A stretch of DNA of 32,000 bases from an uncultured Methanomassiliicoccales archaeon (GCA_964347125.1 CAYFXO010000001.1:5557-37556), one strand, 5' to 3'; shown: positions 1 to 9,306, numbered from the stretch's first letter. The notes: generated by a model from the sequence alone, not told the origin. Made by a program: numbers and translations.

Positions 1-281
1 CCAACGACCGCTTCAGGTTGTCCATGGCCCCTTCGCGCGAGCGGCTGCGGGTCTTCGTCGCGATGAAGAACTCCCCCTGGTGCTTCTCCATCCAGGAACC
101 CATGAGCTGCTCCGCGCTGCCGTACATGGGGGCGGTGTCGATGTGGTTGATCCCGTGCTCCTTCAGGAGGGCCAACGCGCCGTCCGCCTCCTCGGGGGTC
201 GACCTGCTGAGGGCGTAGGATCCGAAGATGACGCGAGTGCTTCGGTGTCCCGTGCGTCCGAACTCCTGTTTCGGAATCATC
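1..281 (-). CDS. Aldo/keto reductase family protein, N-terminal part (runs off window start)
   Basis: Minus-strand translation MIPKQEFGRTGHRSTRVIFGSYALS...EEADGALALLKEHGINHIDTAPMYGSAELMSSWI...FFIATKTRSR matches the AKR pattern (GRTG, DTAPMYG, ATKT). ATG at 281. Confidence 0.88.
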
Positions 282-445
282 CTGGCGTCCCTCCACCCCT
301 CTGGCGCTTGGGCGATGTGGGTGTATCGCCGGGGGCCTCATAACGCATTCGTACCCACGGGGAAGACCGACACGGGTTCCTGGAAATCGTGCGGACGGCA
401 AGGAGGGTCATCGACGCCGTGGAGGCCCGAATCGGCGGGGGCCGC

Positions 446-1123
446 CTAGGTCAGCTCTTGGGCCTTGCGGACGAGCTTCTTCGCCTGGCGGTAGCTCAGT
501 TCGGACTCATCCGCCAAGTGTTTTGGGTCCGCCTCCGCGAGCTCCTCCACGGTCCGGATCCCCAGACCCCGCAGCTCCGCTTCCGTCGCGCTCCCGAGAC
601 CCGGGAGGTTTCGCAGGGGGGCGCCCTTCGCTCGACGGGGCATTGCGCGCAGGGCCACGAAGGCCACCCCGCCAATCAGGAGGGGGATGCCGACCCACAG
701 ACCGATGTCCAGGAGGAGGTTCGGGCACTCCGGGGTGAAGTCCGCTGCCACGACGAGATCCACCTGCTTTCGCCGCAGGGTCTCCGTGTCGAGGGGGTCG
801 AAGTCCATGGACGTCATCGCGGAGACGCCCGCGCCGGGGACGTAGACCGTCACGGGCAGGCCCACCTCGTCGCTGTGGACGTGGAGCTGGATCGAGTAGG
901 CGCCGCCACCGTCCGCCCGGGTGGAGCGGTTCTTGTCCGTCCCGGCGGGGTACTCCGCGACGTACGCAACGACGGGGGCGTTGCAGACCCCAGAGCCGTC
1001 GGGGTGGAGGACGCGGCCGTGGACCTGAAAGCGGTGGTCGGCCTCGTGTTCCGCCGTCGCGGGGGGCACCGCGAGGAGAAGAAGGGGAACGAGGGCCCCC
1101 AGCACCCACGCGACCCGCCTCAT
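446..1123 (-). CDS. Secreted/membrane-anchored protein: signal peptide, carboxypeptidase-regulatory/Ig-like domain, one TM helix, C-terminal helix-hairpin-helix domain
   Basis: MRRVAWVLGALVPLLLLAVPPATA signal; HGRVLHPDGSGVCNAPVVAY... beta domain; TM LLLDIGLWVGIPLLIGGVAFVAL; tail LRNLPGLGSATEAELRGLGIRTVEELAEADP is HhH-like. The supplied ORF extends further upstream (1447) without coding-like sequence. Confidence 0.75.
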   Translation of the reverse strand: MRRVAWVLGALVPLLLLAVPPATAEHEADHRFQVHGRVLHPDGSGVCNAPVVAYVAEYPAGTDKNRSTRADGGGAYSIQLHVHSDEVGLPVTVYVPGAGVSAMTSMDFDPLDTETLRRKQVDLVVAADFTPECPNLLLDIGLWVGIPLLIGGVAFVALRAMPRRAKGAPLRNLPGLGSATEAELRGLGIRTVEELAEADPKHLADESELSYRQAKKLVRKAQELT

Positions 1124-1263
1124 TCCTCGACCTCCCGCTCGATGATCAGCGCCCCGACGTAGTCGCAGTTCTTGCAGTGGTACTTGTAGCCGGTGATGAG
1201 CCCCGCCTCGTAGAACACGTCGGCGGAGCCGCAGTCGGGACACGTGAGGATCTTCTTGCCCAC
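1120..1263 (-). CDS. Small single zinc-ribbon protein (47 aa)
   Basis: GTG start; (M)GKKILTCPDCGSADVFYEAGLITGYKYHCKNCDYVGALIIEREVEE with two CxxC pairs; TGA/ATG overlap with the downstream gene start at 1123. Confidence 0.7.
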   Translation of the reverse strand: MGKKILTCPDCGSADVFYEAGLITGYKYHCKNCDYVGALIIEREVEE

Positions 1264-1370
1264 GTGGGGTCGATTCGCGCCGCGCGTATTTGAGGTTCAC
1301 CACAAAGGGGGGGAGGAACCGCCTAACCGCAACCCTTAAGAGAAGGGGCCTGGCTCTGTGGCGGCGCGTC

Positions 1371-2282
1371 ATGTCACACCTGTCCTCTACCCGGAAAGGG
1401 GCCACCGATGTCTTCGGCATCCTGGTCGTGGTCTCCATCCTCCTCATCGCGAGCCTAGCCTACATCATCCTCACCCTCCCCGCGCCTTCGACCCGCGGGC
1501 GGGAGATCCTTTACCTACAGAACGGGGACATCGCCCGGGTGGACTTCGTCGCCACCCTCGACACCGGGGAGGTCTTCGCCACGAGCCTGGCCTCCGTGGG
1601 GGACAACGACAAGACCTACCCGAAGTCCCTCGCCTTCGACCCGCCCCTGACCTACGCACCCATCAACGTGACCATGGGGGCGCCCATGACGGGTCCCGGC
1701 TTCGAGGGCCTCGTGGACCAGGGGACGGGAATCCAACAGGCGCTCCGGGGGATGGCCATCGGCGAGACCCGCACGGTGACCCTGGAGCCCGCCGAGGCCT
1801 TCGGGGTCCACGACCCCGTCCTCGTGGAGACCCGGAACCTCGTGGAGTCGCAGCCCCTGAAGGAGACGGTCACCCTCCCCGAGTGGAACTCCCGGTTCCT
1901 CCAAGTCCCGACGGAGGACCAGACGGTCCTCGACCCGTTTTGGGGCTGGCCCGTCCGGGTCCTGGAGTTCGACGAGGGGACCCAGCTCATCACGTTCCGG
2001 GCGGAGCCCCAAGAAGGGGACCTCCTCACCCCGTTCAAGACCTTCCAGACCCGCGTGGAGAAGGTGGACGCCGCCGCCAACGGGGGCGAGGGCCTCGTCC
2101 AGGTCGGCCACCTCTTGACGTCGGAGGACGAGGGGAAGGTGTTCGCCGAGGGCCTCCAGGGCGGTTTCCTGGTGGTGGGGGTCGACGAGGCGGGCGGGAC
2201 GTTCCTCGCGGACCGGAACGATATCCGGCGGGACCATGCGGCCACTTACGAGATCACGCTGCTGAGCATCTCGCGGCCGTGA
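1371..2282 (+). CDS. Membrane-tethered FKBP-type peptidyl-prolyl cis-trans isomerase
   Basis: ATG 1371 (ORF open from 1290); N-terminal TM ILVVVSILLIASLAYIIL; NGDIARVDFVATLDTGEVFATS...GPGFEGLVDQ...ALRGMAIGETRTVTLEPAEAFG is FKBP/SlyD-like. Confidence 0.85.
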   Translation: MSHLSSTRKGATDVFGILVVVSILLIASLAYIILTLPAPSTRGREILYLQNGDIARVDFVATLDTGEVFATSLASVGDNDKTYPKSLAFDPPLTYAPINVTMGAPMTGPGFEGLVDQGTGIQQALRGMAIGETRTVTLEPAEAFGVHDPVLVETRNLVESQPLKETVTLPEWNSRFLQVPTEDQTVLDPFWGWPVRVLEFDEGTQLITFRAEPQEGDLLTPFKTFQTRVEKVDAAANGGEGLVQVGHLLTSEDEGKVFAEGLQGGFLVVGVDEAGGTFLADRNDIRRDHAATYEITLLSISRP

Positions 2283-2285
2283 GCC

Positions 2286-2993
2286 TCAGTACCTCTGGCG
2301 GGCATAGGGGACGTCCTCGATCTCCCCGCCGAAGAGGACCTTCAGGTCCCCGCGGAGCCACGTGAGAAGGGTGTTCCCGTACCCGTTCTTCTCCATCCGG
2401 CGCGTCGAGAGGCGCACGAAGAGGCGGGGGTCGTACACGATGCGCCCCTCCCGCTTCAGGCGGAAGGCGATCTCCACGTCGTCAGAGTGGGGGAGGCTCC
2501 GGTAGCCGCCGATTCGTAGGAAGACATCGCGGCGGAAGGCGGAGTTCCCGCCCCCCGTGGTGTAGATGCCCAGGCGGGCGAAGATACGAATGAGGTTCCT
2601 CAGGAACAGGAACGTGAGCCGCGCCTTCCAGTCCTGCTCGATGGGGCCGTCGGGGCCGCACACCGCGACGACATCCGGGTGGTCGAAGTGGGCGAGGATG
2701 CGGGCAAGCCAATCGGAGGGCAGGAGAACGTCCGCGTCCGTCGTGGCGACGAGGGGGGCCTCGGCCACCCGCACGCCGTCGTTCCGGGCGCCGCCCACGC
2801 CCTTCGAGACCTGCCGGATCACCCGGTCGGCGCGGCGGGCGGCAATCTCCGGCGTCCCGTCCGTGCTGTCGCCGTCGACCACGATGACCTCGAACGCGTC
2901 CCGCGGGAGCGTCTGGGCATCGAACTGCGTCAGGAAGGCCTCGATCCCCGCGGCCTCGTTGTAGGTGGGCACGACGACGGAGAGGCGGGGCAT
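2286..2993 (-). CDS. Glycosyltransferase family 2
   Basis: MPRLSVVVPTYNEAAGIEAFL...VIVVDGDSTDGTPEIA...GVGGARNDGVRVA...ATTDADVLLP: GT-A fold hallmarks. Confidence 0.93.
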   Translation of the reverse strand: MPRLSVVVPTYNEAAGIEAFLTQFDAQTLPRDAFEVIVVDGDSTDGTPEIAARRADRVIRQVSKGVGGARNDGVRVAEAPLVATTDADVLLPSDWLARILAHFDHPDVVAVCGPDGPIEQDWKARLTFLFLRNLIRIFARLGIYTTGGGNSAFRRDVFLRIGGYRSLPHSDDVEIAFRLKREGRIVYDPRLFVRLSTRRMEKNGYGNTLLTWLRGDLKVLFGGEIEDVPYARQRY

Positions 2994-2994
2994 C

Positions 2995-4296
2995 TCAACC
3001 GCCCATGGAACGGGCCAGGTCGAAGGCGGACCGCAGGCACATGTCCGTGTTGATGTACCGAAGCTCGCCCTGGCGCCCGCACAGCCGGATGCCCAGGCCC
3101 TCCACGTAGTCCTTCACGATCCGGGCGTTCCGTTCGAAGTCCAGGGAGAAGACGACGTAGGCGCGGGGGACCCGGGCCACCTTGGTGTAGATGACGTCCT
3201 GGCGGCGGAGGAGGCCGTGCTCGTGCAGCTTGTCCACGACGTGCTCCACCAGGGCCACATTGGGCATGCTCCAGACGTCGTCGCCGCGGTGGCAGGTGAT
3301 TTCCGCGAGGACCGACGAGGTCCCTTCGGGGGCGTTGCGGTCGCTGTAGTTCGAGGGGAAGGAGACCCGGTTGAAGAGGCCGTCCTCCCACCGGGGGAAG
3401 TAGAGCCAGGAGAGGTCGTTGAGCTCCGCCCGGTCCAGGCCGAGCATCACGGTGACGACGGAGTTGACCTGGAGCTTGGATGCGGCCTCCAGGACCTCCG
3501 GGGGGGTGCCATCCAGGAGGCGGACGAGGAGGGGGAGGGGAATCGTGGACACGAGGCGGTCGTAGGTCCGCTCCTCCGTATCGCTCCGGACGGTGTAGCG
3601 GCCGTTGTCGGCGCGGATCCCGGTGACCTCCCAGTCCGTCACCACCGAGGGGCACTGGGCGGCGATGGCCTTCGGGAGGGCCTCGATCCCCCCTTCCCGC
3701 GGGTAGACGAAGTTCAGCTGGTGGACGTAGCCCTCCGACTCCAGGCCGAGGGACGCCTTGACGATGTCCTCCAGGGGCGGCTCGGGGACCCGGCCGTCGA
3801 CCCAGTCCAGGGCCATGTCCCGAGGCTCCGCCTTCCAGATCTTCTGGTTGTACGGGATGAGGTATTTCGTGGCGATCCCCGGGCCGAAGCGGTAGTGCAT
3901 CCACTCCTCGAAGTTGCCGGGACGGGCGGCGGTCCCCGCCTGGCGGGCGATGTAGGCCTCCAGGAAGCCCTGCAGGCACTCGAAGTTCTCCTCGAGGGGG
4001 AGGTCCCGGAGGCCGTTCTCGAAGGGGTACTTCACGAGGCGGTCCCGGTAGAAGATCTTCGTGTTCCGGCGGCGGCGGGCCAGGTTGTCGCCCAGGGTCC
4101 GCTCGACGAAGGCGGAGATCTCCTCGTCCTTGGAGAACAGGATGTGGGAGCCGCAATAGTCGAAGGTGAACCCCTCTTCCGTGAGGCTCTTGCAGAGGCC
4201 CCCGGGGCGGTCCGTCTTCTCTAGAACCTCGGAGTCCGGCAGGGCGGAGGCGACCGCCAAACCTGTCAACCCGCCGCCGAGGACGCCTGTCGTCAT
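2995..4296 (-). CDS. FAD-dependent oxidoreductase (protoporphyrinogen oxidase/amine oxidase/UDP-galactopyranose mutase-like fold)
   Basis: MTTGVLGGGLTGLAVASAL..VLEKTDRPGGLCKSLTEEGFTFDYCGSHILF: Rossmann FAD motif; C-term LCGRQGELRYINTDMCLRSAFDLA. ATG at 4296 chosen because upstream ORF sequence is not coding-like. Confidence 0.88.
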   Translation of the reverse strand: MTTGVLGGGLTGLAVASALPDSEVLEKTDRPGGLCKSLTEEGFTFDYCGSHILFSKDEEISAFVERTLGDNLARRRRNTKIFYRDRLVKYPFENGLRDLPLEENFECLQGFLEAYIARQAGTAARPGNFEEWMHYRFGPGIATKYLIPYNQKIWKAEPRDMALDWVDGRVPEPPLEDIVKASLGLESEGYVHQLNFVYPREGGIEALPKAIAAQCPSVVTDWEVTGIRADNGRYTVRSDTEERTYDRLVSTIPLPLLVRLLDGTPPEVLEAASKLQVNSVVTVMLGLDRAELNDLSWLYFPRWEDGLFNRVSFPSNYSDRNAPEGTSSVLAEITCHRGDDVWSMPNVALVEHVVDKLHEHGLLRRQDVIYTKVARVPRAYVVFSLDFERNARIVKDYVEGLGIRLCGRQGELRYINTDMCLRSAFDLARSMGG

Positions 4297-4337
4297 GCGC
4301 TCCCGCCCCGTAGAAGGGGCTTTGCCATATACCTTTC

Positions 4338-4928
4338 TCACTCGTTCTCGGCGGCGAGCATCCGTCGGCGGCGGAGGAGGGCGACGGCGGCGCTCACGGC
4401 GACGAACACGATGACGAAGATGAGGGTGAGGTTGGCGGCCAGGTCCTCGGGGTAGACCCACCGGAAGGCGCCCACGAGCAGGAGGAGGGCGGAGTACTTC
4501 GCGAGGCCGCCGACCACGATGAAGAGGACGGAGCGGCGGTAGTCCCACTCGCAGGCCGCCATGAAGGCGCCCACGAAGGGGACGGCGGGGGCGATGCGGT
4601 TGGTGAGGATGAGCATCTCCCGCTCCGCGAGGAGGATGTCCGTCCACTTGTTCATGGCCGCGCGGAGCCGCTTCGGCAGGCCGACCCGGCGGACGACGAG
4701 GTACAGGGTCGTGTTCCCCAGGACCTCCGCCACCTCCGCGAGGAACAGGACGGTGAGGCCCCACTCCAGGGTGGCGTCCCCCGCCTGGAAGATGAGGACG
4801 GCGAAGATCTCCGGGAGGAGGGGGATGATGATGGCGTCGACGTAGAAGATGAGGAAGAGGGAGAAGAGGAGGCCCGCGGTCCCCAGGCCCTCGAAGAGCT
4901 GGATGATCTCCGTGCCGAGTCCGCTCAC
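4338..4928 (-). CDS. Polytopic membrane protein, DedA/SNARE-associated (VTT)-like
   Basis: About 4-5 hydrophobic segments; ...NRIAPAVPFVGAFMAACEWDYRRSVLFIVVGGLAKYSALL... resembles DedA-type proteins. Confidence 0.6.
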   Translation of the reverse strand: MSGLGTEIIQLFEGLGTAGLLFSLFLIFYVDAIIIPLLPEIFAVLIFQAGDATLEWGLTVLFLAEVAEVLGNTTLYLVVRRVGLPKRLRAAMNKWTDILLAEREMLILTNRIAPAVPFVGAFMAACEWDYRRSVLFIVVGGLAKYSALLLLVGAFRWVYPEDLAANLTLIFVIVFVAVSAAVALLRRRRMLAAENE

Positions 4929-4964
4929 GTGGGGTCCACCGAACCTCGTCCTCAGGAGGGGGCC

Positions 4965-5222
4965 TCAGGCTCCGGGGGTGGAGCCGTTGAGGAGCTTGCC
5001 GTACAGCCGGACCAGCTTGCTGGTGCACCGGTCGACGGAGAACTGCTCCGCCACCGCCCGGGCGCGCTCCTTGAGCGCCCCGTTGGCGTCCAGGGCCCGC
5101 ACGACGGCGTCCGCGCAGCCGGTCACGTCCCCGGATTCGAAGAGGAACCCGGTCCTCCCCTCTTTCACGAAGTCCGGAATCGCCCGGTAGTTCACCCCCG
5201 CGACGGGCTTCCCGGTCGCCAT
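4965..5222 (-). pseudogene. C-terminal fragment of GT4 glycosyltransferase, separated from its N-terminal part by a 73-bp insertion/frameshift
   Basis: MATGKPVAGVNYRAIPDFVKEGRTGFLFESGDVTGCADAV...: canonical GT-B C-terminal nucleotide-sugar region continuing the 5248-6201 reading. Confidence 0.7.
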
Positions 5223-5299
5223 GGCCCTCGTTGGTTTCTACCTGGTATTATGGGGCATGGACCGAAGTGGCTACCACCGGTGTGCCCAACGACATGGCC
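5220..5299. other. 73-bp interrupting segment with 7-bp direct repeats (CATGGCC) and internal inverted repeats (TCGTTGG...CCAACGA)
   Basis: Plus strand: CATGGCC-C-TCGTTGG...(51 nt)...CCAACGA-CATGGCC. Direct repeats start at 5220 and 5293 (offset 73). Removing 73 nt restores an uninterrupted GT4 ORF. Confidence 0.75.
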
Positions 5300-6201
5300 T
5301 CCAGGACCACGAGGCCCTGGGTCTCGAAGGTGGAGCAGATGGCGAAGGCGTCCGCCGCGGCGTAGTACTGGGGCAGCTCGTCCTCAGGGACGAACCCGGT
5401 GAAGGTGACGACGTCGTCCAGGCCCATGGCCTGGGACATCTCGCGGTACGAACCGAAGGCGGGGCCCTTCCCCACGACCATGAGGTGGGCGTCCGGGCGG
5501 GTCTTTCGGATCCGGTGGAGCGCCCCCAGGAGCTGCTCCAGGTGCTTCTCCGGGGACATGCGGCCCACGGTAAGGATGAGCTCCTCCCCGTCCAGGCCCC
5601 ACTTCTCCCGCACGCCGCTACCGTCGACGCCGGGGTGGAACCGGTCGCTGTCCACGCCCGTGGGGATGACCTCCAGGCGGCGGATCTTCGGGGCGAGGTC
5701 CCGGAGTTCCTCGGAGATGGAGGGCGTGGGGGCGACGACCCCGCCGCACTTGTGGAGGAAGATCCGGAGGTAGAACCGCATCGCGGACTCCAGGAACCCG
5801 ATGCGGAGCTGGAGGGGGGAGTAGTAGGCGAGGGCGTCCACGACCATCGTGTGGAACGTGAGGACCATGGGGATGCGGAGATCGAAGGCCGCCCAGAGGC
5901 CCTTCACCCCCACGGACCCGATGCCATGAGAATGGACGAGGTCCACGTCGTACTCGCGGAGGATCCTGGGCTCGCAGGTCGGGAGGATGGAGGCCATGCG
6001 GTAGCCGGGGTACGAGGGGAGCTCCCGCGCGCGGAGGTAGACCACCCCCGGCTCCTCCCCGTTCCCCTGCCGCCGGTCCTCGGGAGCGAAGACGATGATC
6101 TCGTGCCCGTCGGCCTCCAGGGCCTGCTTCGTGGTGAGGAGGGAGTTGACCACCCCGTCTACCGCCGGAAGGTACGAGTCCGTGAACAGCGCGATCCGCA
6201 A
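5248..6201 (-). CDS. Glycosyltransferase family 4, N-terminal and central part (gene interrupted, see 5220-5299)
   Basis: (TTG start) MRIALFTDSYLPAVDGVVNSL...HSHGIGSVGVKG...VIPTGVDSDRFHPG...LTVGRMSPEKHLEQLL...TFETQGLVVLEAMSLGTPVVATSVHAP*. Confidence 0.88.
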   Translation of the reverse strand: MRIALFTDSYLPAVDGVVNSLLTTKQALEADGHEIIVFAPEDRRQGNGEEPGVVYLRARELPSYPGYRMASILPTCEPRILREYDVDLVHSHGIGSVGVKGLWAAFDLRIPMVLTFHTMVVDALAYYSPLQLRIGFLESAMRFYLRIFLHKCGGVVAPTPSISEELRDLAPKIRRLEVIPTGVDSDRFHPGVDGSGVREKWGLDGEELILTVGRMSPEKHLEQLLGALHRIRKTRPDAHLMVVGKGPAFGSYREMSQAMGLDDVVTFTGFVPEDELPQYYAAADAFAICSTFETQGLVVLEAMSLGTPVVATSVHAP

Positions 6202-6205
6202 TCGT

Positions 6206-7516
6206 TCACCCCTGCGCTATTCTCCTGACCTTGTCCACGATGTCTTGCGGGTCGGTCCCCAGGACACGGATCATGGCCTCCTTGCCGACGCCGCCACGGT
6301 CCCAGATGACGTCGGGGACGCCGCCGTGGGCCCGGATGGCCTCCGCGGTGCCCCATTCCATCGTCGAGACCTTCTCCGGCTCCTGGCTCCTGTCAAAGGT
6401 GGAGGCGCTCAGTCCGAGGGCCCGAATTCGGTCGAGACTTTGCTCCGTAAACTTAAGGTTTGCGGCGGCGCGGATTCGGGGGTCCTCCCGGGAGGCGGTG
6501 ACGATGATGCGGGCCACGTGGCGGGAGGCGCCGAAGTCCGGCGGGCCAGTGACGGTGGCGACGCCGCCGACGGGGACGATGCGGCCCTTCAGGGCGCACA
6601 CGTCCTCGAGGGATTCGGGGAATGGGAGGGCGTAGCCCAGGTTCGTCCCCACCTCGGGGACCATCTCCAAGGGGAGGACCCCCGCCAGGGCCTCGGCCCC
6701 CTCCAGGACGGCCCGCCAGACCGCGTGGCGGTCTTCCGGGACGTGGGGGTGGATGGCCTCCACGCCCTTGCCGTAGGCGTAGTGGGCCTCGTGCCCCAGT
6801 ATGACCTGGCGCTTCGCTTGGCCCACCGCCGCGGGGACGTCCTTCCCTTGGGCCAGGTAGGCGGCGAGGAAGGCGGACAGGACGCAGCCGCTCCCGTGGA
6901 GTTCCAGGTCCAACCGTGGGCCCTCGAACCGCTGGAACGTCTCCCCGTCGAAGAGGACGTCCACCGCGGGTCCCTTCAGGTGGCCCCCCTTACATAGCAC
7001 GTACTTGGGGCCGAGGGAGTGGATCCGGCGGCACGCCTCTTCCATGGACTCGGGGTCGGTGACGCTGAACCGGGCCAGGACCGCGGCCTCGTGGAGGTTG
7101 GGGGTGACCACCGTGGCCATCGGGAGGAACTTCGCCTCCAGGGCTTCGACGAAGTCGTCGCGGGCGAGGGAATCGCCCACGGTGGCGACCAGGACGGGGT
7201 CCACGACCAGGGGGAGGTTCCGCCCCTTGAGCGCCCGGGCCACCGCCTCCACGATCTCCGCGGAGTAGAGCATCCCCGTCTTCGCCGCCCCCACGTCCAG
7301 GTCCGTGAGGACGGCCTCCAGCTGGGCCGTCACCATGTCCGGGGGAATCGGGTGGATGGCCTCGACGCCCTGCGTGTTCTGGGCGGTGATGGCGGTGAGG
7401 ACGCTGGCGCCGTGGACGCCCGCGGCGGCGAAGGCCTTCAGGTCCGCCTGGATGCCCGCGCCTCCAGAGGAATCGCTCCCCGCGATGGTCAACGCGCTCT
7501 TCACGGCGGCGAGCAA
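6206..7516 (-). CDS. thiDN: Bifunctional hydroxymethylpyrimidine/phosphomethylpyrimidine kinase (ThiD) fused to thiamine-phosphate synthase ThiN
   Basis: [22 protein letters not shown]...[19 protein letters not shown] (ThiD); C-term [34 protein letters not shown]...[10 protein letters not shown]-like...[16 protein letters not shown] (ThiN). TTG 7516 or GTG 7504 start. Confidence 0.93.
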   Translation of the reverse strand: MLAAVKSALTIAGSDSSGGAGIQADLKAFAAAGVHGASVLTAITAQNTQGVEAIHPIPPDMVTAQLEAVLTDLDVGAAKTGMLYSAEIVEAVARALKGRNLPLVVDPVLVATVGDSLARDDFVEALEAKFLPMATVVTPNLHEAAVLARFSVTDPESMEEACRRIHSLGPKYVLCKGGHLKGPAVDVLFDGETFQRFEGPRLDLELHGSGCVLSAFLAAYLAQGKDVPAAVGQAKRQVILGHEAHYAYGKGVEAIHPHVPEDRHAVWRAVLEGAEALAGVLPLEMVPEVGTNLGYALPFPESLEDVCALKGRIVPVGGVATVTGPPDFGASRHVARIIVTASREDPRIRAAANLKFTEQSLDRIRALGLSASTFDRSQEPEKVSTMEWGTAEAIRAHGGVPDVIWDRGGVGKEAMIRVLGTDPQDIVDKVRRIAQG

Positions 7517-7623
7517 CGGGGGGTCCCCGCTTAAACTTGACTTGCCCAGTCTCAGGGCGGTGCAACGAACCTCCGCGGGCCGTCTGGCTCCCCCGAAGCG
7601 CAGGGCGCCCCGTCCGAAAATGG

Positions 7624-7629
7624 TTTATA
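7624..7629 (+). promoter_or_regulatory. Candidate TATA box (TTTATA) for the 7652 gene
   Basis: AAAATGGTTTATAGC about 28 nt upstream of ATG 7652. Confidence 0.5.
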
Positions 7630-7651
7630 GCTTCCTCCGGATGAATCGGCC

Positions 7652-8032
7652 ATGCGGGCCCGGAGCGGCCACATCCGGTTGGGGAAGAGGATCCAGTACA
7701 AGAGGCTCCTGCCCGTGTACGAGGAGATCCTCACCCGGTTCCTGGAGGAGACGGGTCAGATGCCGGAGAACGACCCGGAGTACGTCTCCGTCATCCTGGA
7801 GGAGAACCTGCGGGACCTGCGCCTCAACCGCAAGCCCGAGGGGTACAACCGGGAGTTCGGGATGCGCCTCATCTTCCCCATCAGCGACCGGGTGGAGTTC
7901 TACGTCTACGGTCGGGGGCGGACCACGGAGGTGCCCCGGATCACGGAGGTGCTCAGCCGCCTCCTCCACGAGAAGAAGATCAAGCACGAGGTGGACTGGG
8001 ACCAGCTCGTGGTGTTCCAGGACCGGGACTAG
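7652..8032 (+). CDS. Conserved hypothetical protein (126 aa)
   Basis: Uninterrupted ORF with coding-like composition, TATA box upstream, convergent stop with the next gene. Confidence 0.65.
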   Translation: MRARSGHIRLGKRIQYKRLLPVYEEILTRFLEETGQMPENDPEYVSVILEENLRDLRLNRKPEGYNREFGMRLIFPISDRVEFYVYGRGRTTEVPRITEVLSRLLHEKKIKHEVDWDQLVVFQDRD

Positions 8033-8592
8033 CCGAGGTGGGCCTCCCGCAGCGTCGTGTAGATCGGTCCCTTCGGGGTGAGGACGCTCTGCTTCAGGCG
8101 GACCGCGTCCAGGGTCTGGGCGCCGAACTCCGCCCCCTGGTAGTCCCGCAGGACCTGCTGAAGGCGCTCCTTGTGGCGGCCCCCCTTCACGCGGCCCACG
8201 GTCACGTGGGGCCGGAACGGGCGGCGCTCCCGCTTGAAGCCCAGGGGCTCCAGCCCCGCCTCGAGGTCTGTGGCGATGCCTTCCAGGGGGGCCCCGCCCT
8301 CCATGCCGACCCAGACGACCTTGATGTGGCTGAGGCTGGGGAAGGCCCCCGCCCCGCGGAGGGTGATGGGGATGGCCTCCACCCCGGCGCACGCCTCCTG
8401 CAGCACCTCGTCGACGGCATCCACCGCCCCCTCCTCCGTGTCGCCCAGGAACTTCAGGGTCACGTGGAGAATGTTCAGGTCCACCATCTTGACCGGGGCC
8501 CCGGTCTCGGCCACCGCGGTCGCGAACCCCCGCAACCGCGCCCCCACCTCCAGGTCCGCCGCGATGAAGCACCGGATGGCCGCCACCGTCAC
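8029..8592 (-). CDS. thpR: RNA 2',3'-cyclic phosphodiesterase (2H phosphoesterase, LigT/ThpR-like)
   Basis: (GTG) [15 protein letters not shown]...[15 protein letters not shown]...[12 protein letters not shown]: two HxT motifs and GRVK typical of ThpR. Confidence 0.9.
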   Translation of the reverse strand: MTVAAIRCFIAADLEVGARLRGFATAVAETGAPVKMVDLNILHVTLKFLGDTEEGAVDAVDEVLQEACAGVEAIPITLRGAGAFPSLSHIKVVWVGMEGGAPLEGIATDLEAGLEPLGFKRERRPFRPHVTVGRVKGGRHKERLQQVLRDYQGAEFGAQTLDAVRLKQSVLTPKGPIYTTLREAHLG

Positions 8593-9269
8593 TCCACCCG
8601 CGTCCCCACGAAGGGCTGGTCCTCGACGGCGTTCCGGAGGTTCTCCAGGTCCCGCCCGTCCACGACGTAGAGGGGGATGCCCAGGCGGAGCATCACCTTC
8701 GCCCCCTGGGGATCGAAGATCCCCCGCGGGCCCGCCGCCGTGTGCTCGTCGCCCGTGATCTTCAGGAGGCTCTGGAACTTCATCCGGTCGATGCGCCGGG
8801 CGGTGGGCACCTCCCGCGGATCGTCCGTGAAGACCCCCGCGACGTTCGTGGCGTTCACGAGGCGGGAGGCCCCGCACTTCTCCGCCAGGATCGCCGCCAC
8901 GCCGTCCGTGGTGGTCCCGGGGCGCACGCCACCCATGACGACGATGGGGTAGGTCCGGCCGGCCTTCACCGCCTCGTCCTGGTTCCGGGGGACCCGCGGG
9001 TAGGCCCCCTTCCCGAGGGCGGTGAGGAGGAGGCGCGCGTTGAGGCGGGTGAGGACGATGCCGAAGGCGTCCAGGTCCCGCTCCTTCCCCCCAAGGCCCC
9101 GCCCCGTGTCGATGTAGTAGCGGGCGGGCTTCCCGCCCCCCACGACGACGTAGAGGCGGTACTTCTTGGATAGGCCGATGAGCAGGGAGGCCAGGGAGTC
9201 GATGAACCGCACGTCGTCCTCCCCCGGGACGAGGACGGAGCCGCCGATTGAGATGACGACCTTCTCCAC
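8589..9269 (-). CDS. pyrH: UMP kinase, archaeal type (amino acid kinase family)
   Basis: (GTG) MEKVVISIGGSVL...VVVGGGKPARYYIDTGRGLGGKERDLDAFGIVLTRLNARLLLTALG...GGVRPGTTTDGVAAILAE. Confidence 0.9.
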   Translation of the reverse strand: MEKVVISIGGSVLVPGEDDVRFIDSLASLLIGLSKKYRLYVVVGGGKPARYYIDTGRGLGGKERDLDAFGIVLTRLNARLLLTALGKGAYPRVPRNQDEAVKAGRTYPIVVMGGVRPGTTTDGVAAILAEKCGASRLVNATNVAGVFTDDPREVPTARRIDRMKFQSLLKITGDEHTAAGPRGIFDPQGAKVMLRLGIPLYVVDGRDLENLRNAVEDQPFVGTRVE

Positions 9270-9306
9270 GGTGCGCCCTCCCGCCGCGGGCGCATCCCCC
9301 CGCCAC

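Noticed and set aside
2930-4156. 408-aa minus ORF overlapping the FAD oxidoreductase
   Set aside because: Pro/Arg-rich out-of-frame translation; the FAD enzyme frame shows real family motifs.
5220-5299. Classical bulge-helix-bulge archaeal intron in the GT4 gene
   Set aside because: Helices flanking the junctions exist, but bulge sizes and central helix (6 bp, 4-nt bulge) do not fit the strict 3-4-3 BHB, and the outer exon helix is weak. Kept only as one hypothesis.
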